From Kiritimatiellia bacterium (GTDB lineage: Bacteria; Verrucomicrobiota; Kiritimatiellia; UBA8416), in contig JBLRXB010000003.1 of assembly GCA_047920915.1 (NCBI GenBank), positions 1 to 34,928 on the forward strand: a stretch of DNA of 34,928 nt, read 5' to 3'. Positions within the stretch are counted from its first letter, which is position 1. Every line of letters begins with the position of its first letter. The translations under genes and the position numbers were made by a program. The notes beneath the pieces were generated by a model. It did not search any database, was not told the DNA's origin, and saw nothing but the letters and a program-made list of their open reading frames with translations. This document shows, in pieces, positions 25,733-34,478 of the stretch.

Positions 25733-26649
25733 GATTGGATTTTGATACGGGGGTTAAGGGCGGCAAGCAGAAGATCCACGATGGTATTGCAGGCGATGAC
25801 AAGGGCGGCATAGAAGGAAACGAGTCCCAGTACCAAGGTATAGTCGCGGTTAAAAGCGGCCGACACGAAGACGCGTCCGAGTCCGGGGATATGGAAAAGG
25901 GTTTCGATGACAAAGGATCCGGAAATGAGACCGGCGATGGCGGGGCCAAGAAAAGAGACGACGGGCAGAATCCCTGGTTTGAGTGCGTGTATGGCAATGA
26001 CGCGGATGGGGTGGAGTCCTTTGGCATGGGCGGTGCGAATGTAATCCATTGGCAAGACTTCGAGCAGTCCGGCCCGTGCGAGCCTTGCAATATAGGCGGC
26101 ATAGACAATTCCGAGCGTAATGGCTGGTAGGATGCGGTCGGACGCCGTATTCCATCCCGACGCGTTGACCCATCCAAGCTGCAGGGCAAAAAACAGCACG
26201 AGCAGCGGTCCCAGGACGAACGGGGGGATGCAGATGCCAATGAGGGCCGAAGCCATGGTGGCATGATCGAGCATGGAGCCGGGGCGCAGGGCGGAGGCTA
26301 ACCCGGCGGGTAGCCCGATAAGAATGGCCACCAGTAGTGCCCATGCTCCCAGTTCGAGTGAGACGGGAAATGCCGTGGCAATGATTTCGTTAACGCTGCG
26401 GCCGCCCTGTGTCAGGGATGGGCCGAGGTCACCGCGCAGAAGTCCTGCCAGATACCGCACATACTGAACCGGGAGCGCTGCATCGAGCCCGTAATGGCGT
26501 TGCAGTTGTTCCAAGGTATGCGGCGGGTAGGCGCGTTCATCCGTGAATGGACCACCCGGAGCCAGACGCACCAGGATAAAGGCAATGGTCACGGCTGCCC
26601 AGAGCACGGGGATCGCAGTCAATAAGCGTTTCAGCAGAAATTTCAACAT
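25729..26649 (-). CDS. oppB: Oligopeptide ABC transporter permease OppB/DppB
   Basis: APGGPF, GDLGPS, DYIRTAHAKGL, GSFVIETLF.IPGLG and NRDY. Confidence 0.93.
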   Translation of the reverse strand: MLKFLLKRLLTAIPVLWAAVTIAFILVRLAPGGPFTDERAYPPHTLEQLQRHYGLDAALPVQYVRYLAGLLRGDLGPSLTQGGRSVNEIIATAFPVSLELGAWALLVAILIGLPAGLASALRPGSMLDHATMASALIGICIPPFVLGPLLVLFFALQLGWVNASGWNTASDRILPAITLGIVYAAYIARLARAGLLEVLPMDYIRTAHAKGLHPIRVIAIHALKPGILPVVSFLGPAIAGLISGSFVIETLFHIPGLGRVFVSAAFNRDYTLVLGLVSFYAALVIACNTIVDLLLAALNPRIKIQS

Positions 26650-26679
26650 GGGGTCATAGTGTGTGCGGCAACCGGAAAG

Positions 26680-27342
26680 TCAAGTCGCATCGTTGAGATA
26701 GGGTATAAGTGCCAAGGGGGTATCAATCAGGATCTCGGCGCCGTTCTCCCATAACTCCTTGCGGTCGCGAAATCCCCAGGTTACGCCAACCGCTTTTATG
26801 CCTGCGTTCCGTGCGGTCTGCATATCGGTGTTGGTATCTCCCAGATAGAGCCATTCCGCCGCCGGAATCGCCATGATCTGCAGGATGTGTCTGACAGCGG
26901 CGGGATCTGGTTTGAGCGGGAAGGCTGGTGATGCCCCCATAACGCTATCGAAGTGCTGCGAACCGAAATAATGGTCGACACAGATGCGTGTTTTCGCATC
27001 AGGCTTGTTGGATAAAACGGCGGTACGGATCTGACGATTCTGCAATGTTTCCAGCAATGCGGGGATCTGATGATAGGGGCGCGTTTTGTTCATCCATGCT
27101 GAGCTGTAGATCTTTTGCATTTCAGCAACGAGATCGCGAATCGTTTCGGGGGTTCGATGTTGGAGGGGGAGTACGCGTTCGGCGAGCAGATGCACGCCGT
27201 CGCCGACAGCCGTTTTATAGGTATTGCGCTCGTGGGGAGGAAATCCCAAATTGCGCAGGGCAAGGTTCATGGAGTCGGCCAGGTCATCGAGTGTATCCAG
27301 CAGGGTTCCATCTAAATCGAATAATACCGCCTTTACAGCCAT
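26680..27342 (-). CDS. HAD-family hydrolase (phosphoglycolate phosphatase-like)
   Basis: FDLDGTLLDT, SNK, KPDP, YLGDTNTD and GVTWGFR; GAGGA SD before MAVKAV. Confidence 0.92.
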   Translation of the reverse strand: MAVKAVLFDLDGTLLDTLDDLADSMNLALRNLGFPPHERNTYKTAVGDGVHLLAERVLPLQHRTPETIRDLVAEMQKIYSSAWMNKTRPYHQIPALLETLQNRQIRTAVLSNKPDAKTRICVDHYFGSQHFDSVMGASPAFPLKPDPAAVRHILQIMAIPAAEWLYLGDTNTDMQTARNAGIKAVGVTWGFRDRKELWENGAEILIDTPLALIPYLNDAT

Positions 27343-27349
27343 TTGTTCC

Positions 27350-28723
27350 TCATGTTTGGGCGGCGGCATTGCGTACCGCATCCCGGGCGACTTCCGCGAG
27401 AGCCGGATGTATGAAGATCATATCCATGAGGTCATCAAGTGTGCCGTTTTTCTTGATCATGGCGATAAAGAGATGGATCATGGAGGCGGCTTCCTCTCCA
27501 ATGATGTGTGCCCCGATTACTTTGCGGGTGCCGGCATCAAAAATGACTTTTGCAAAACCATGATCGGATGCCCGCGCCATGCCGGGTGTGCTGTCGGCAT
27601 AGCTTGCCTTACCGATGATAACGGGCAGATTCAGTATGCTTGCCTGTTCCTCCGTCAGGCCTACGCCGGCGATTTGTGGCACGGTGAACACGGCATAGGG
27701 CACGGGACCGTAGTCGATTGGAGGCACCGCATCCGTCCGGAAAGCGGTTTTCATCAGGTATTCGCCTTCGTAGTTTACGGTGTGTCGAAACAGGTAATTG
27801 CCAATGCAATCGCCGAGTGCGTAGACACCGTGAACATCTGTTTCGAGATGTGCATTAACGATGATAAAGCCATCTTCCGAGCGCTTGATGCCCGTATTTT
27901 CCAATCCGAGTTTGTCCGTATTGGGTGTTACGCCGGTGGCCACGAGAAGGGTGTCGCCTTCGATTGTCGAGGCTGGTTCTCCATTCCGGGAGCCTTCAAT
28001 GGTGAATTGTTGGCCGTCGTGCTTGATGCGGCTGATGGCAAAAGTACGATGAACATGACAGTTGCGGCGGAAAACGCGTTCAAACTCGTCGCTGATATCG
28101 ATATCGAGTCCGCGCAGGAAGCGGCTGCGCACCAGAAAGTGTACGTCTGATCCATAGATGGCATATGCGCCGCCGAGTTCGGTGGCGATATAGCCGGCAC
28201 CGATAACGAGCATGCGCTTGGGGGCGTCTGGCAACTGCAAAGCTTCTTTGCTGGTGATGAACGGCGTTTCGGCTAAACCGGGCAGGTCAGGGATCTGCGG
28301 GCGACTACCGGTTGCTACAAAGATTTTGGGAGCGGTTATTGTGTCCTCGCCGACCTGTAGCACGTGGTTTCTGGTGAAGCGGGCATGTTCCGCATAAAAG
28401 GTGATGCCCGGAAAGGTTTTGTGCTTATCGCGATTTGCGAGAGACGTCTGCGTTACGTCGCGCTTGATGCGCGCGATTACATCGTGGAAGCGCAATTGCA
28501 CTTCGCCGGCAATGTCGAGTCCAATGGCTTGGCTGTGGCGAGCCTGATCGGCCACCTCAGCGGGGTGGATCAACATTTTTGATGGTATACACCCCCGGTT
28601 GAGGCAGGTTCCGCCGAAATCATCTTCTTCGATCAGGGCGACACGCATCCCCTGGCGTGCGCAGGGTAGCGCGATTTTGGTGCCCCCACCGCTCCCGATT
28701 ACAATGACATCGTATTCTTTCAT
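27350..28723 (-). CDS. Class I pyridine nucleotide-disulfide oxidoreductase (dihydrolipoamide dehydrogenase/mycothione reductase-like)
   Basis: IGSGGG, GGTCLNRGCIPSK, ATGS, GAGYIA, YALGD and IHPALAE; ATGA overlap with the PPIase stop. Confidence 0.9.
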   Translation of the reverse strand: MKEYDVIVIGSGGGTKIALPCARQGMRVALIEEDDFGGTCLNRGCIPSKMLIHPAEVADQARHSQAIGLDIAGEVQLRFHDVIARIKRDVTQTSLANRDKHKTFPGITFYAEHARFTRNHVLQVGEDTITAPKIFVATGSRPQIPDLPGLAETPFITSKEALQLPDAPKRMLVIGAGYIATELGGAYAIYGSDVHFLVRSRFLRGLDIDISDEFERVFRRNCHVHRTFAISRIKHDGQQFTIEGSRNGEPASTIEGDTLLVATGVTPNTDKLGLENTGIKRSEDGFIIVNAHLETDVHGVYALGDCIGNYLFRHTVNYEGEYLMKTAFRTDAVPPIDYGPVPYAVFTVPQIAGVGLTEEQASILNLPVIIGKASYADSTPGMARASDHGFAKVIFDAGTRKVIGAHIIGEEAASMIHLFIAMIKKNGTLDDLMDMIFIHPALAEVARDAVRNAAAQT

Positions 28724-29601
28724 GCGGAGGTATCGTGGATTTCGGCTTTTCCTTTCAAATCTGCGACATACGCCGCGACGCATTTACCGCGCTGGTCGTG
28801 CCGGATTACATCCCTGATTTTATCGCGGGCCTCATCAAAGGCGGCCTGTCCACCTTCGTCCTCGGCCGTTTTCATGATGATATGGAAGCCAAATTGCGTC
28901 TCGATGATCTCGCTGATTTCGCCGACGGCCATGCTGAAGGCGGCCTCCTCGAATTCCGGCACCATCATGCCGCGGCTGAACCATCCGAGGCTGCCGCCAT
29001 TTTGCTTGCCGCTGGGGCATTGTGAATGTTGGGCAGCCAGTTCGCCGAAATCCTTACCATCGCGGATTTCTTGGGCGATACTTTCCAGGCGCGATTCGGC
29101 CACCACGCGGTCATCGTCGCGGTCGGAGTCAGGCCGGATGAGAATATGGGAGGCATTCACGCGTTCTGGTTGCTGGTAGTGCTCTTTGTTGTTCTCGAAA
29201 AAGGCTTTCATTTCCTCTTCTGATGGATCGGACAGACCTTCGCAAATGTGTTCGATTAACAAATCGACCTTGCAGCCTTCGGCAATATTGGCGCGAAATT
29301 CTTTCTCGCTAATTCCGTTATCCTGCAGGCGCTGCAGAAAAACGTCCTTGCCGCCCGTCTGTTCGATGATCGGTTGTACTTTCCGATCAATGAGATCCTC
29401 GGGTACAAGTATATCGAGACGGCCGGCCTCATTGAGCAGAAGCTTGGCGCCGATGGCCTGTTCAACGGCCTGGTTGCGCAGTTTTTCGTCGTGTGTCTTG
29501 AGTTGCTCAGGCGGCATGTGATTGGCATAATACTGGCGAATGCGGCGATACTCAAAATCGATGGCTTCTTGTGGCAATGGTTCTCCGTTAATCGTAATCA
29601 T
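28720..29601 (-). CDS. Parvulin/PpiC-type peptidyl-prolyl isomerase with SurA/PrsA-like N-domain
   Basis: ASHILI, FGELA..HSQCPS...GGSLGWF.RGMMVPEFE.AAF and TQFGFHII; no signal peptide visible. Confidence 0.92.
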   Translation of the reverse strand: MITINGEPLPQEAIDFEYRRIRQYYANHMPPEQLKTHDEKLRNQAVEQAIGAKLLLNEAGRLDILVPEDLIDRKVQPIIEQTGGKDVFLQRLQDNGISEKEFRANIAEGCKVDLLIEHICEGLSDPSEEEMKAFFENNKEHYQQPERVNASHILIRPDSDRDDDRVVAESRLESIAQEIRDGKDFGELAAQHSQCPSGKQNGGSLGWFSRGMMVPEFEEAAFSMAVGEISEIIETQFGFHIIMKTAEDEGGQAAFDEARDKIRDVIRHDQRGKCVAAYVADLKGKAEIHDTSA

Positions 29602-29788
29602 AATCCTATCTTTCGACTTGTTTTTAGTAGGTTTCCTGCACTTGAATGTGGCATTATCAGGTCTATGCCTTATTCGTGCAAGGTTTTATCGCGTTTGCGT
29701 TGGAATCTCGCGGGAAAGATCGACGCCTTTGTAAATCTGCGATATGGTCGGGTGATTGTTCCTGTAAGTCGGATGTAAGCGGGAGTGG

Positions 29789-30067
29789 ATGATCATGATA
29801 AATGTAAAGAGACGGCGTGTTGCCTGGCGGAGTCATCGTCGCATGTGCCAAGTGTTATTTGCCTTTGCGTCTGCCGCAATTGGGTTGGGGGTCATTCTTC
29901 TGGCCTTATATGTGCATCAACGTCAGATCGTGATGCTTGGTCTGGGATTGTTCTATTTGATGCTGGCGGCCTTTCTGTTCGGCGTTCGTGCAATTCTCTT
30001 GCATATTGACCAGTTACGGCACAGGAAGCGCTATCATGGGGCTGATCGGGGTATGCAGGTGTTATGA
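29789..30067 (+). CDS. Small membrane protein (2 TM helices)
   Basis: Two hydrophobic segments flanked by basic residues; GGGAG SD; ATGA overlap with the next gene. Confidence 0.7.
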   Translation: MIMINVKRRRVAWRSHRRMCQVLFAFASAAIGLGVILLALYVHQRQIVMLGLGLFYLMLAAFLFGVRAILLHIDQLRHRKRYHGADRGMQVL

Positions 30068-31428
30068 ATGTATCGAGAGGAAGCATCGCGTGGCGTAAAC
30101 GCGTAGTTGCAGTCGATTATAATGATGGGCATCCGATCGCTTTGCGTGCAGAGCGTCGGGGCGCGCGACTTTCATGGGAGCCCGTCGCAATTGCGGACGT
30201 TCAGAAATTGCATGTGGCGGGTGATGTCGTGGTTGCAGGCATGGACGTAGGTACGGGCATGACGCCCTGGTTAGCGGTGCCACTCAAGGATGTCCGCAAA
30301 GCACGCCGGATATGGCCTGCGGTGCTCGACACCAAGCTACCATTTGCGCTGGAAGAATCAAAGTATGCGATTGGGGCCGCCATTTCCGGAGAGCTGCCGG
30401 GCTTGCCGGTCTTGTCTGCGGGCACGGTGGCCCTATCTACTGTTGTGCGCAGAAACGATCTTGAAAGGGTGGCGCGTTCTTACGGTACCTGGGGCTTTGT
30501 GCCACATACGTTTGATCATGAGGGGCTGGCGCTATGGTCGATGCTGGATCCTGCGCTTACAGAGAGTATCCGTGTCGTTGTCTGGTGTCGCCCGAGCTCG
30601 ATGTTGATGGTACTCGGTATGGGGAATGTCTACTGGAGCAGTCATCCGATTGCGGGACATGATGTAGAGCGCGTCATGCGGTTGCTGCATCTGCAAAAAC
30701 AGACTGTTGCCAAGGGCATGTACAAGGATCTGGCGATTGAATGGTATGTGGGTGGCGATGAAGAACGCTATCATCTTTTTTTGGCAGATCTGGAGGGTGT
30801 TCCATCTGAAAAGAAACAAATTCTGGGATCGGGTCCGTATGGTCTGGCAAAATCGCTTGCGGCGCGGGCCTTGTTGCCCGGGGTATGGCGTATGCCAGCC
30901 ATCTGGAGTGATATCGGCGCGAATTATCGATCATCGATACTACAGAGACGGTATTTGCGTGACAGTGCTTATCTGGCATTGTTGGGTGCTTTATTGATCG
31001 CTGGCGTTGGGGGTCGGAGGGTCTATGTCGGTATGCAGATGGCACAGCAGGATCGTGCCATCGCGCGAGTTGTCGATGAGATTGCAGGCTATCGCGTTGT
31101 TGCGCGCGGAAGGGATGCGGTACGTGTTGCCGCAGGCGAACTTGAATCGCGTCGCTTGGCACTGGACGTATTTCTCGAAGGAGAGGACCTTTCTGTTATT
31201 GCCGGGCGGCTGGTCGCACTGGTTTCTGGTACAGGTGGTCAGGTACAGGAAATGGCACTCGATTCGCAGTCCGTCCGTTTGCGCGTATTGCTGCCTGCGG
31301 AAAACACGATTGATGCGGTGGTACAATCGCTGCTGGCCAGCGGATACAGGGTGGTGCCTTTGGAGGCGGGTGATGCTGTTGACGGGAAGGTGCTGTACAC
31401 CGTTCGTGGAGAAAGGGGCCAGCTATGA
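30064..31428 (+). CDS. GspL/PilM-PilN-like alignment-complex protein
   Basis: Cytoplasmic domain with LDTKLPFALEE (resembles the GspL/PilM LPF motif), one TM helix about 70% along, then a coiled region and a short alpha/beta C-domain. Confidence 0.55.
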   Translation: MNVSRGSIAWRKRVVAVDYNDGHPIALRAERRGARLSWEPVAIADVQKLHVAGDVVVAGMDVGTGMTPWLAVPLKDVRKARRIWPAVLDTKLPFALEESKYAIGAAISGELPGLPVLSAGTVALSTVVRRNDLERVARSYGTWGFVPHTFDHEGLALWSMLDPALTESIRVVVWCRPSSMLMVLGMGNVYWSSHPIAGHDVERVMRLLHLQKQTVAKGMYKDLAIEWYVGGDEERYHLFLADLEGVPSEKKQILGSGPYGLAKSLAARALLPGVWRMPAIWSDIGANYRSSILQRRYLRDSAYLALLGALLIAGVGGRRVYVGMQMAQQDRAIARVVDEIAGYRVVARGRDAVRVAAGELESRRLALDVFLEGEDLSVIAGRLVALVSGTGGQVQEMALDSQSVRLRVLLPAENTIDAVVQSLLASGYRVVPLEAGDAVDGKVLYTVRGERGQL

Positions 31429-31892
31429 AATGGCAGGTTTCGCATTATCGGAACATGATGTATGTTGTCGCCGGTTGCTTTGTTCTGGTTTGCCTGTGGT
31501 CTCTGCGGGATGTGCTGCGGTCGAATCAGATGCGTGCGGCGGTAGATGCCCGTCAAGCGGATCAGCACGTGCTTCGATTGTTGCAGCAGCAGGCACACGC
31601 ACTTGATGCGGATGCGCACGCTTGGTCAGTCGATGGATCCCTGTCGCTGGAAATGCGTGAAAAGATTACACGGGCATCCGCGCGCGTGACCTTTGCCGAT
31701 CCCCAGGTTGTTGGACGGTTTCGTTTACATAAGGCCGAGATTGTGATGGGGCAGGAGAGTCTCGATGCGTTTTTGGCGCGGTTGGGGGATGTACAAGGAT
31801 TACTCGTCCGGATGGTGCAGATGACATTTTCGGTTGATGATCGGAACCGGGCAACCGGATCGGTCGAACTGGCATGGCTGGAAAGGTTTTAA
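31425..31892 (+). CDS. GspM/PilO-like bitopic membrane protein
   Basis: N-terminal TM helix, coiled coil, short alpha/beta C-domain; ATGA-coupled to the GspL-like gene. Confidence 0.5.
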   Translation: MKWQVSHYRNMMYVVAGCFVLVCLWSLRDVLRSNQMRAAVDARQADQHVLRLLQQQAHALDADAHAWSVDGSLSLEMREKITRASARVTFADPQVVGRFRLHKAEIVMGQESLDAFLARLGDVQGLLVRMVQMTFSVDDRNRATGSVELAWLERF

Positions 31893-31898
31893 TTGTCG

Positions 31899-32768
31899 AT
31901 GGATACGGAGCAAAAAACGGTAGCTGAGGTTGCCAGTCTGGGGCAGAGCTTCCTGGAGGCGCGCGCCATTCCGGATGCGCGCCTCAAGTGCGAGATGCTG
32001 TTGTCGCGTTTACTTTCCGTGCCCCGGCTTGCGTTAGGATTGCATAGCCGGACCGTGCTGCGTCCCGCGCAGTTGGAGGCCATGCGACGAGGGCTCAAGC
32101 GCTTGCGGGAAGGCGAGCCGGTGCAGCATGTAATCGGTGAGACCGGATTCATGCAGCATATATTCAAGAGCGATCGCCGGGCATTGATTCCGCGGCCGGA
32201 GACCGAGATGCTGGTGCAGCGCGTATTAGCTGATGAGGCTCTATGGGCGCGTGAGTGCCCCTCGATTGTAGATGTGGGAACGGGGAGTGGTTGCATCGTG
32301 TTGAGTTTGGCTGCCGAGCATCGCGATGCGCGTTATCTGGCGCTGGATATCAGTGCAGATGCCTTGTCGCTGGCGCGTGAAAATGCCCAGCGCTTGCATT
32401 TGGATGATGCGGTCATTTTTTTTGAGGGGTGTCTTGGTGACGTGGCCGAACCGGAGATGCTGGATGCCATTGTTGCAAACCTGCCGTATATTCCGGCAGC
32501 AGATATCGAGCATTTAGAGAAGTGCGTGCGCGATTTCGAACCCCGCTTAGCGCTGGATGGGGGTGCTTCGGGGCTCGATATTATCGAAGATTTGATTGCG
32601 GATGCAGCTATCGTACTGAAGTGTGAAGGTCGTATATTCCTTGAAATTGGCGATAAACAAGGGTTTGCCGTGCGCCGCATGCTTGAGGAAGGTGGTTTTG
32701 AGCATGTTGAAGTCTTGCCGGATCTAAATGGTCGCGAACGCGTGGTTTGCGGTGTGCTTGCCGGTTAG
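31899..32768 (+). CDS. prmC: Release factor glutamine methyltransferase
   Basis: GEPVQHVIG, ALIPRPETE, DVGTGSGCI, ANLPY, FEP..ALDGG and DLNGRER. Confidence 0.95.
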   Translation: MDTEQKTVAEVASLGQSFLEARAIPDARLKCEMLLSRLLSVPRLALGLHSRTVLRPAQLEAMRRGLKRLREGEPVQHVIGETGFMQHIFKSDRRALIPRPETEMLVQRVLADEALWARECPSIVDVGTGSGCIVLSLAAEHRDARYLALDISADALSLARENAQRLHLDDAVIFFEGCLGDVAEPEMLDAIVANLPYIPAADIEHLEKCVRDFEPRLALDGGASGLDIIEDLIADAAIVLKCEGRIFLEIGDKQGFAVRRMLEEGGFEHVEVLPDLNGRERVVCGVLAG

Positions 32769-33763
32769 GCCTGAACGAGCTTCTGCAGTTTGGTTTTAAC
32801 TTGATTCAGGCCCGTTCCGGCGAGGGCCGATATCCGGATCGGTGTTAGCTTGGTTTCTTTTTTGAAGGTGTCCAAATGCTCTTTGGCCTCAGGGACATCC
32901 ATCTTGTTGGCCACGACGATGCGGGGGCGTTCGAGTAGCTCTGCATTGTATTGGCCTAATTCCTGCAGAAGATCCCGGTAATCGTCGGCAGGGCTGCGGC
33001 CATCCGATCCGGCCATATCCAGAACAATGACGATCAATTTGGCGCGTTCAATGTGGCGTAGAAACGTATCGCCAAGTCCAACACCATTGTGGGCACCGTG
33101 GATAATACCGGGGATGTCGATCACTTTGATCCGGGTGTAGTCGTCAAAAAGGATCGTCCCTGGAACCGGATTAATCGTTGTGAAAGGGTAGGAGGCAATT
33201 TTGGGGTGGGCATCGCTGATGGCAGTCAACAGCGAGGATTTTCCAGCATTGGGAAACCCTACCAGGCCTGCGTCAGCAACCATCTTGAGTTCAACATCCA
33301 AGGTGATGATTTGGCCGTCTTCGCCTGGTGTTGTTTCCTGTGGAGCCTGATGCGTCGATGACTTGAAGTGGACATTACCGAGGCCACCATTGCCGCCTTG
33401 GGCAACCGTAAGTTCCTGGCCGTCTTCGGTTAATTCGCCGATAAAATCTTCGGTGTCGCGGTCACGGACAACGGTTCCGAGTGGCACATCGATAATACAA
33501 TCGGTACCGTTTTTGCCGTGCATCTTCTGGCCGCGGCCCGCTCCGCCGTGACCCGCCCGGCGATGGGGCTCGAAATACAGGCTAATGAGCGTGTCGATAT
33601 TTGCATTGGCGCGAAAAATGACATGTCCGCCCCGCCCGCCATCCCCGCCATCGGGACCGCCCTTTGGAACGTATTTTTCGCGACGAAAAGAGGCTGAGCC
33701 ATTGCCACCGTTTCCGGCTGAGGCATAGACGACGGCATGGTCTACAAATTTACGAGTCTTCAC
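32765..33763 (-). CDS. obgE: GTPase ObgE/CgtA
   Basis: FVD, GNGGNG..SFRREKYVPKGGPDGGDGG, GFPNAGKS, YPFTT, DIPG and NKMD; GTG start; follows rpmA. Confidence 0.97.
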   Translation of the reverse strand: MKTRKFVDHAVVYASAGNGGNGSASFRREKYVPKGGPDGGDGGRGGHVIFRANANIDTLISLYFEPHRRAGHGGAGRGQKMHGKNGTDCIIDVPLGTVVRDRDTEDFIGELTEDGQELTVAQGGNGGLGNVHFKSSTHQAPQETTPGEDGQIITLDVELKMVADAGLVGFPNAGKSSLLTAISDAHPKIASYPFTTINPVPGTILFDDYTRIKVIDIPGIIHGAHNGVGLGDTFLRHIERAKLIVIVLDMAGSDGRSPADDYRDLLQELGQYNAELLERPRIVVANKMDVPEAKEHLDTFKKETKLTPIRISALAGTGLNQVKTKLQKLVQA

Positions 33764-33777
33764 GCTAACAACCGGCC

Positions 33778-34032
33778 TCAGGCAACTTCGGCGGGTGCGA
33801 TGCTGACGACTTTGCCATCTTTTTCAAAGAATACCGAGCCGCTTTTGAGGGCAAACAAGGTGTCGTCCTTGCCACGCCCGACGTGCTTGCCGGGGGCAAA
33901 ACGCGTCCCGCGCTGACGAACAAGGATGGATCCGGCAGAAACGACTTGTCCCGCAAAACGCTTGACGCCAAGCATCTTGGGGTTGCTGTCGCGACCGTTT
34001 TTAGCTGAGCCACCGCTCTTTTTATGTGCCAT
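33778..34032 (-). CDS. rpmA: 50S ribosomal protein L27
   Basis: [16 protein letters not shown]...LGVK...[10 protein letters not shown]...GKDDTLFAL. Confidence 0.98.
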   Translation of the reverse strand: MAHKKSGGSAKNGRDSNPKMLGVKRFAGQVVSAGSILVRQRGTRFAPGKHVGRGKDDTLFALKSGSVFFEKDGKVVSIAPAEVA

Positions 34033-34057
34033 GATAATCTCCCGGCTATCGCCAAAA

Positions 34058-34372
34058 TCAGGCGATGGATTCTACTTTCAACACGGTAAGAGACTGGCGA
34101 TGCCCGATTTTGCGGGTGTAGCCCTTACGGCGTTTCTTTTTGAAATTAATGATTTTTTCTCCGCGGATCTGGTCTTCTACAACGGCCTGAACGGTGGCAC
34201 CTGCCACAACGGGCTGACCGATTTTCAGGGTTGCTCCATCGGAGAGGGCGAGAACTTGATCTAACGAAACTTTGGCACCGACTTCGATTTCCAGTTTTTC
34301 CACTTTGAGAGTGTCACCGGTCTGAACGAGGTACTGTTTGCCGCCGGTCTCCACTACGGCATATGCTTCCAT
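34058..34372 (-). CDS. rplU: 50S ribosomal protein L21
   Basis: [12 protein letters not shown]...[15 protein letters not shown]. Confidence 0.98.
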   Translation of the reverse strand: MEAYAVVETGGKQYLVQTGDTLKVEKLEIEVGAKVSLDQVLALSDGATLKIGQPVVAGATVQAVVEDQIRGEKIINFKKKRRKGYTRKIGHRQSLTVLKVESIA

Positions 34373-34424
34373 AGCTGCACTTCCTTACTCGATATGTTAT
34401 GTACTGTTGGGAACAAGGCACGGG

Positions 34425-34453
34425 ACACTACAGGGGAAGGGCCGGCATGTCAA
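34425..34453 (-). promoter_or_regulatory. Sigma70 promoter of rplU-rpmA-obgE
   Basis: Minus strand TTGACA (34453-34448), 17-nt spacer, TAGTGT (34430-34425), about 52 nt before the rplU ATG. Confidence 0.75.
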
Positions 34454-34478
34454 TGGTAAAAACGATGTGCAATTGGTA

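Noticed and set aside
27224-28150. 308-aa plus-strand ORF
   Set aside because: Lies antisense to the well-supported disulfide reductase and has no motifs; a typical shadow ORF in GC-rich DNA.
32765-33763. ObgE without a C-terminal extension
   Set aside because: Short Obg proteins are common in many bacterial lineages.
33778-34372. No prp/ysxB between rplU and rpmA
   Set aside because: Expected, because this L27 starts MAHKK with no cleavable N-terminal extension.
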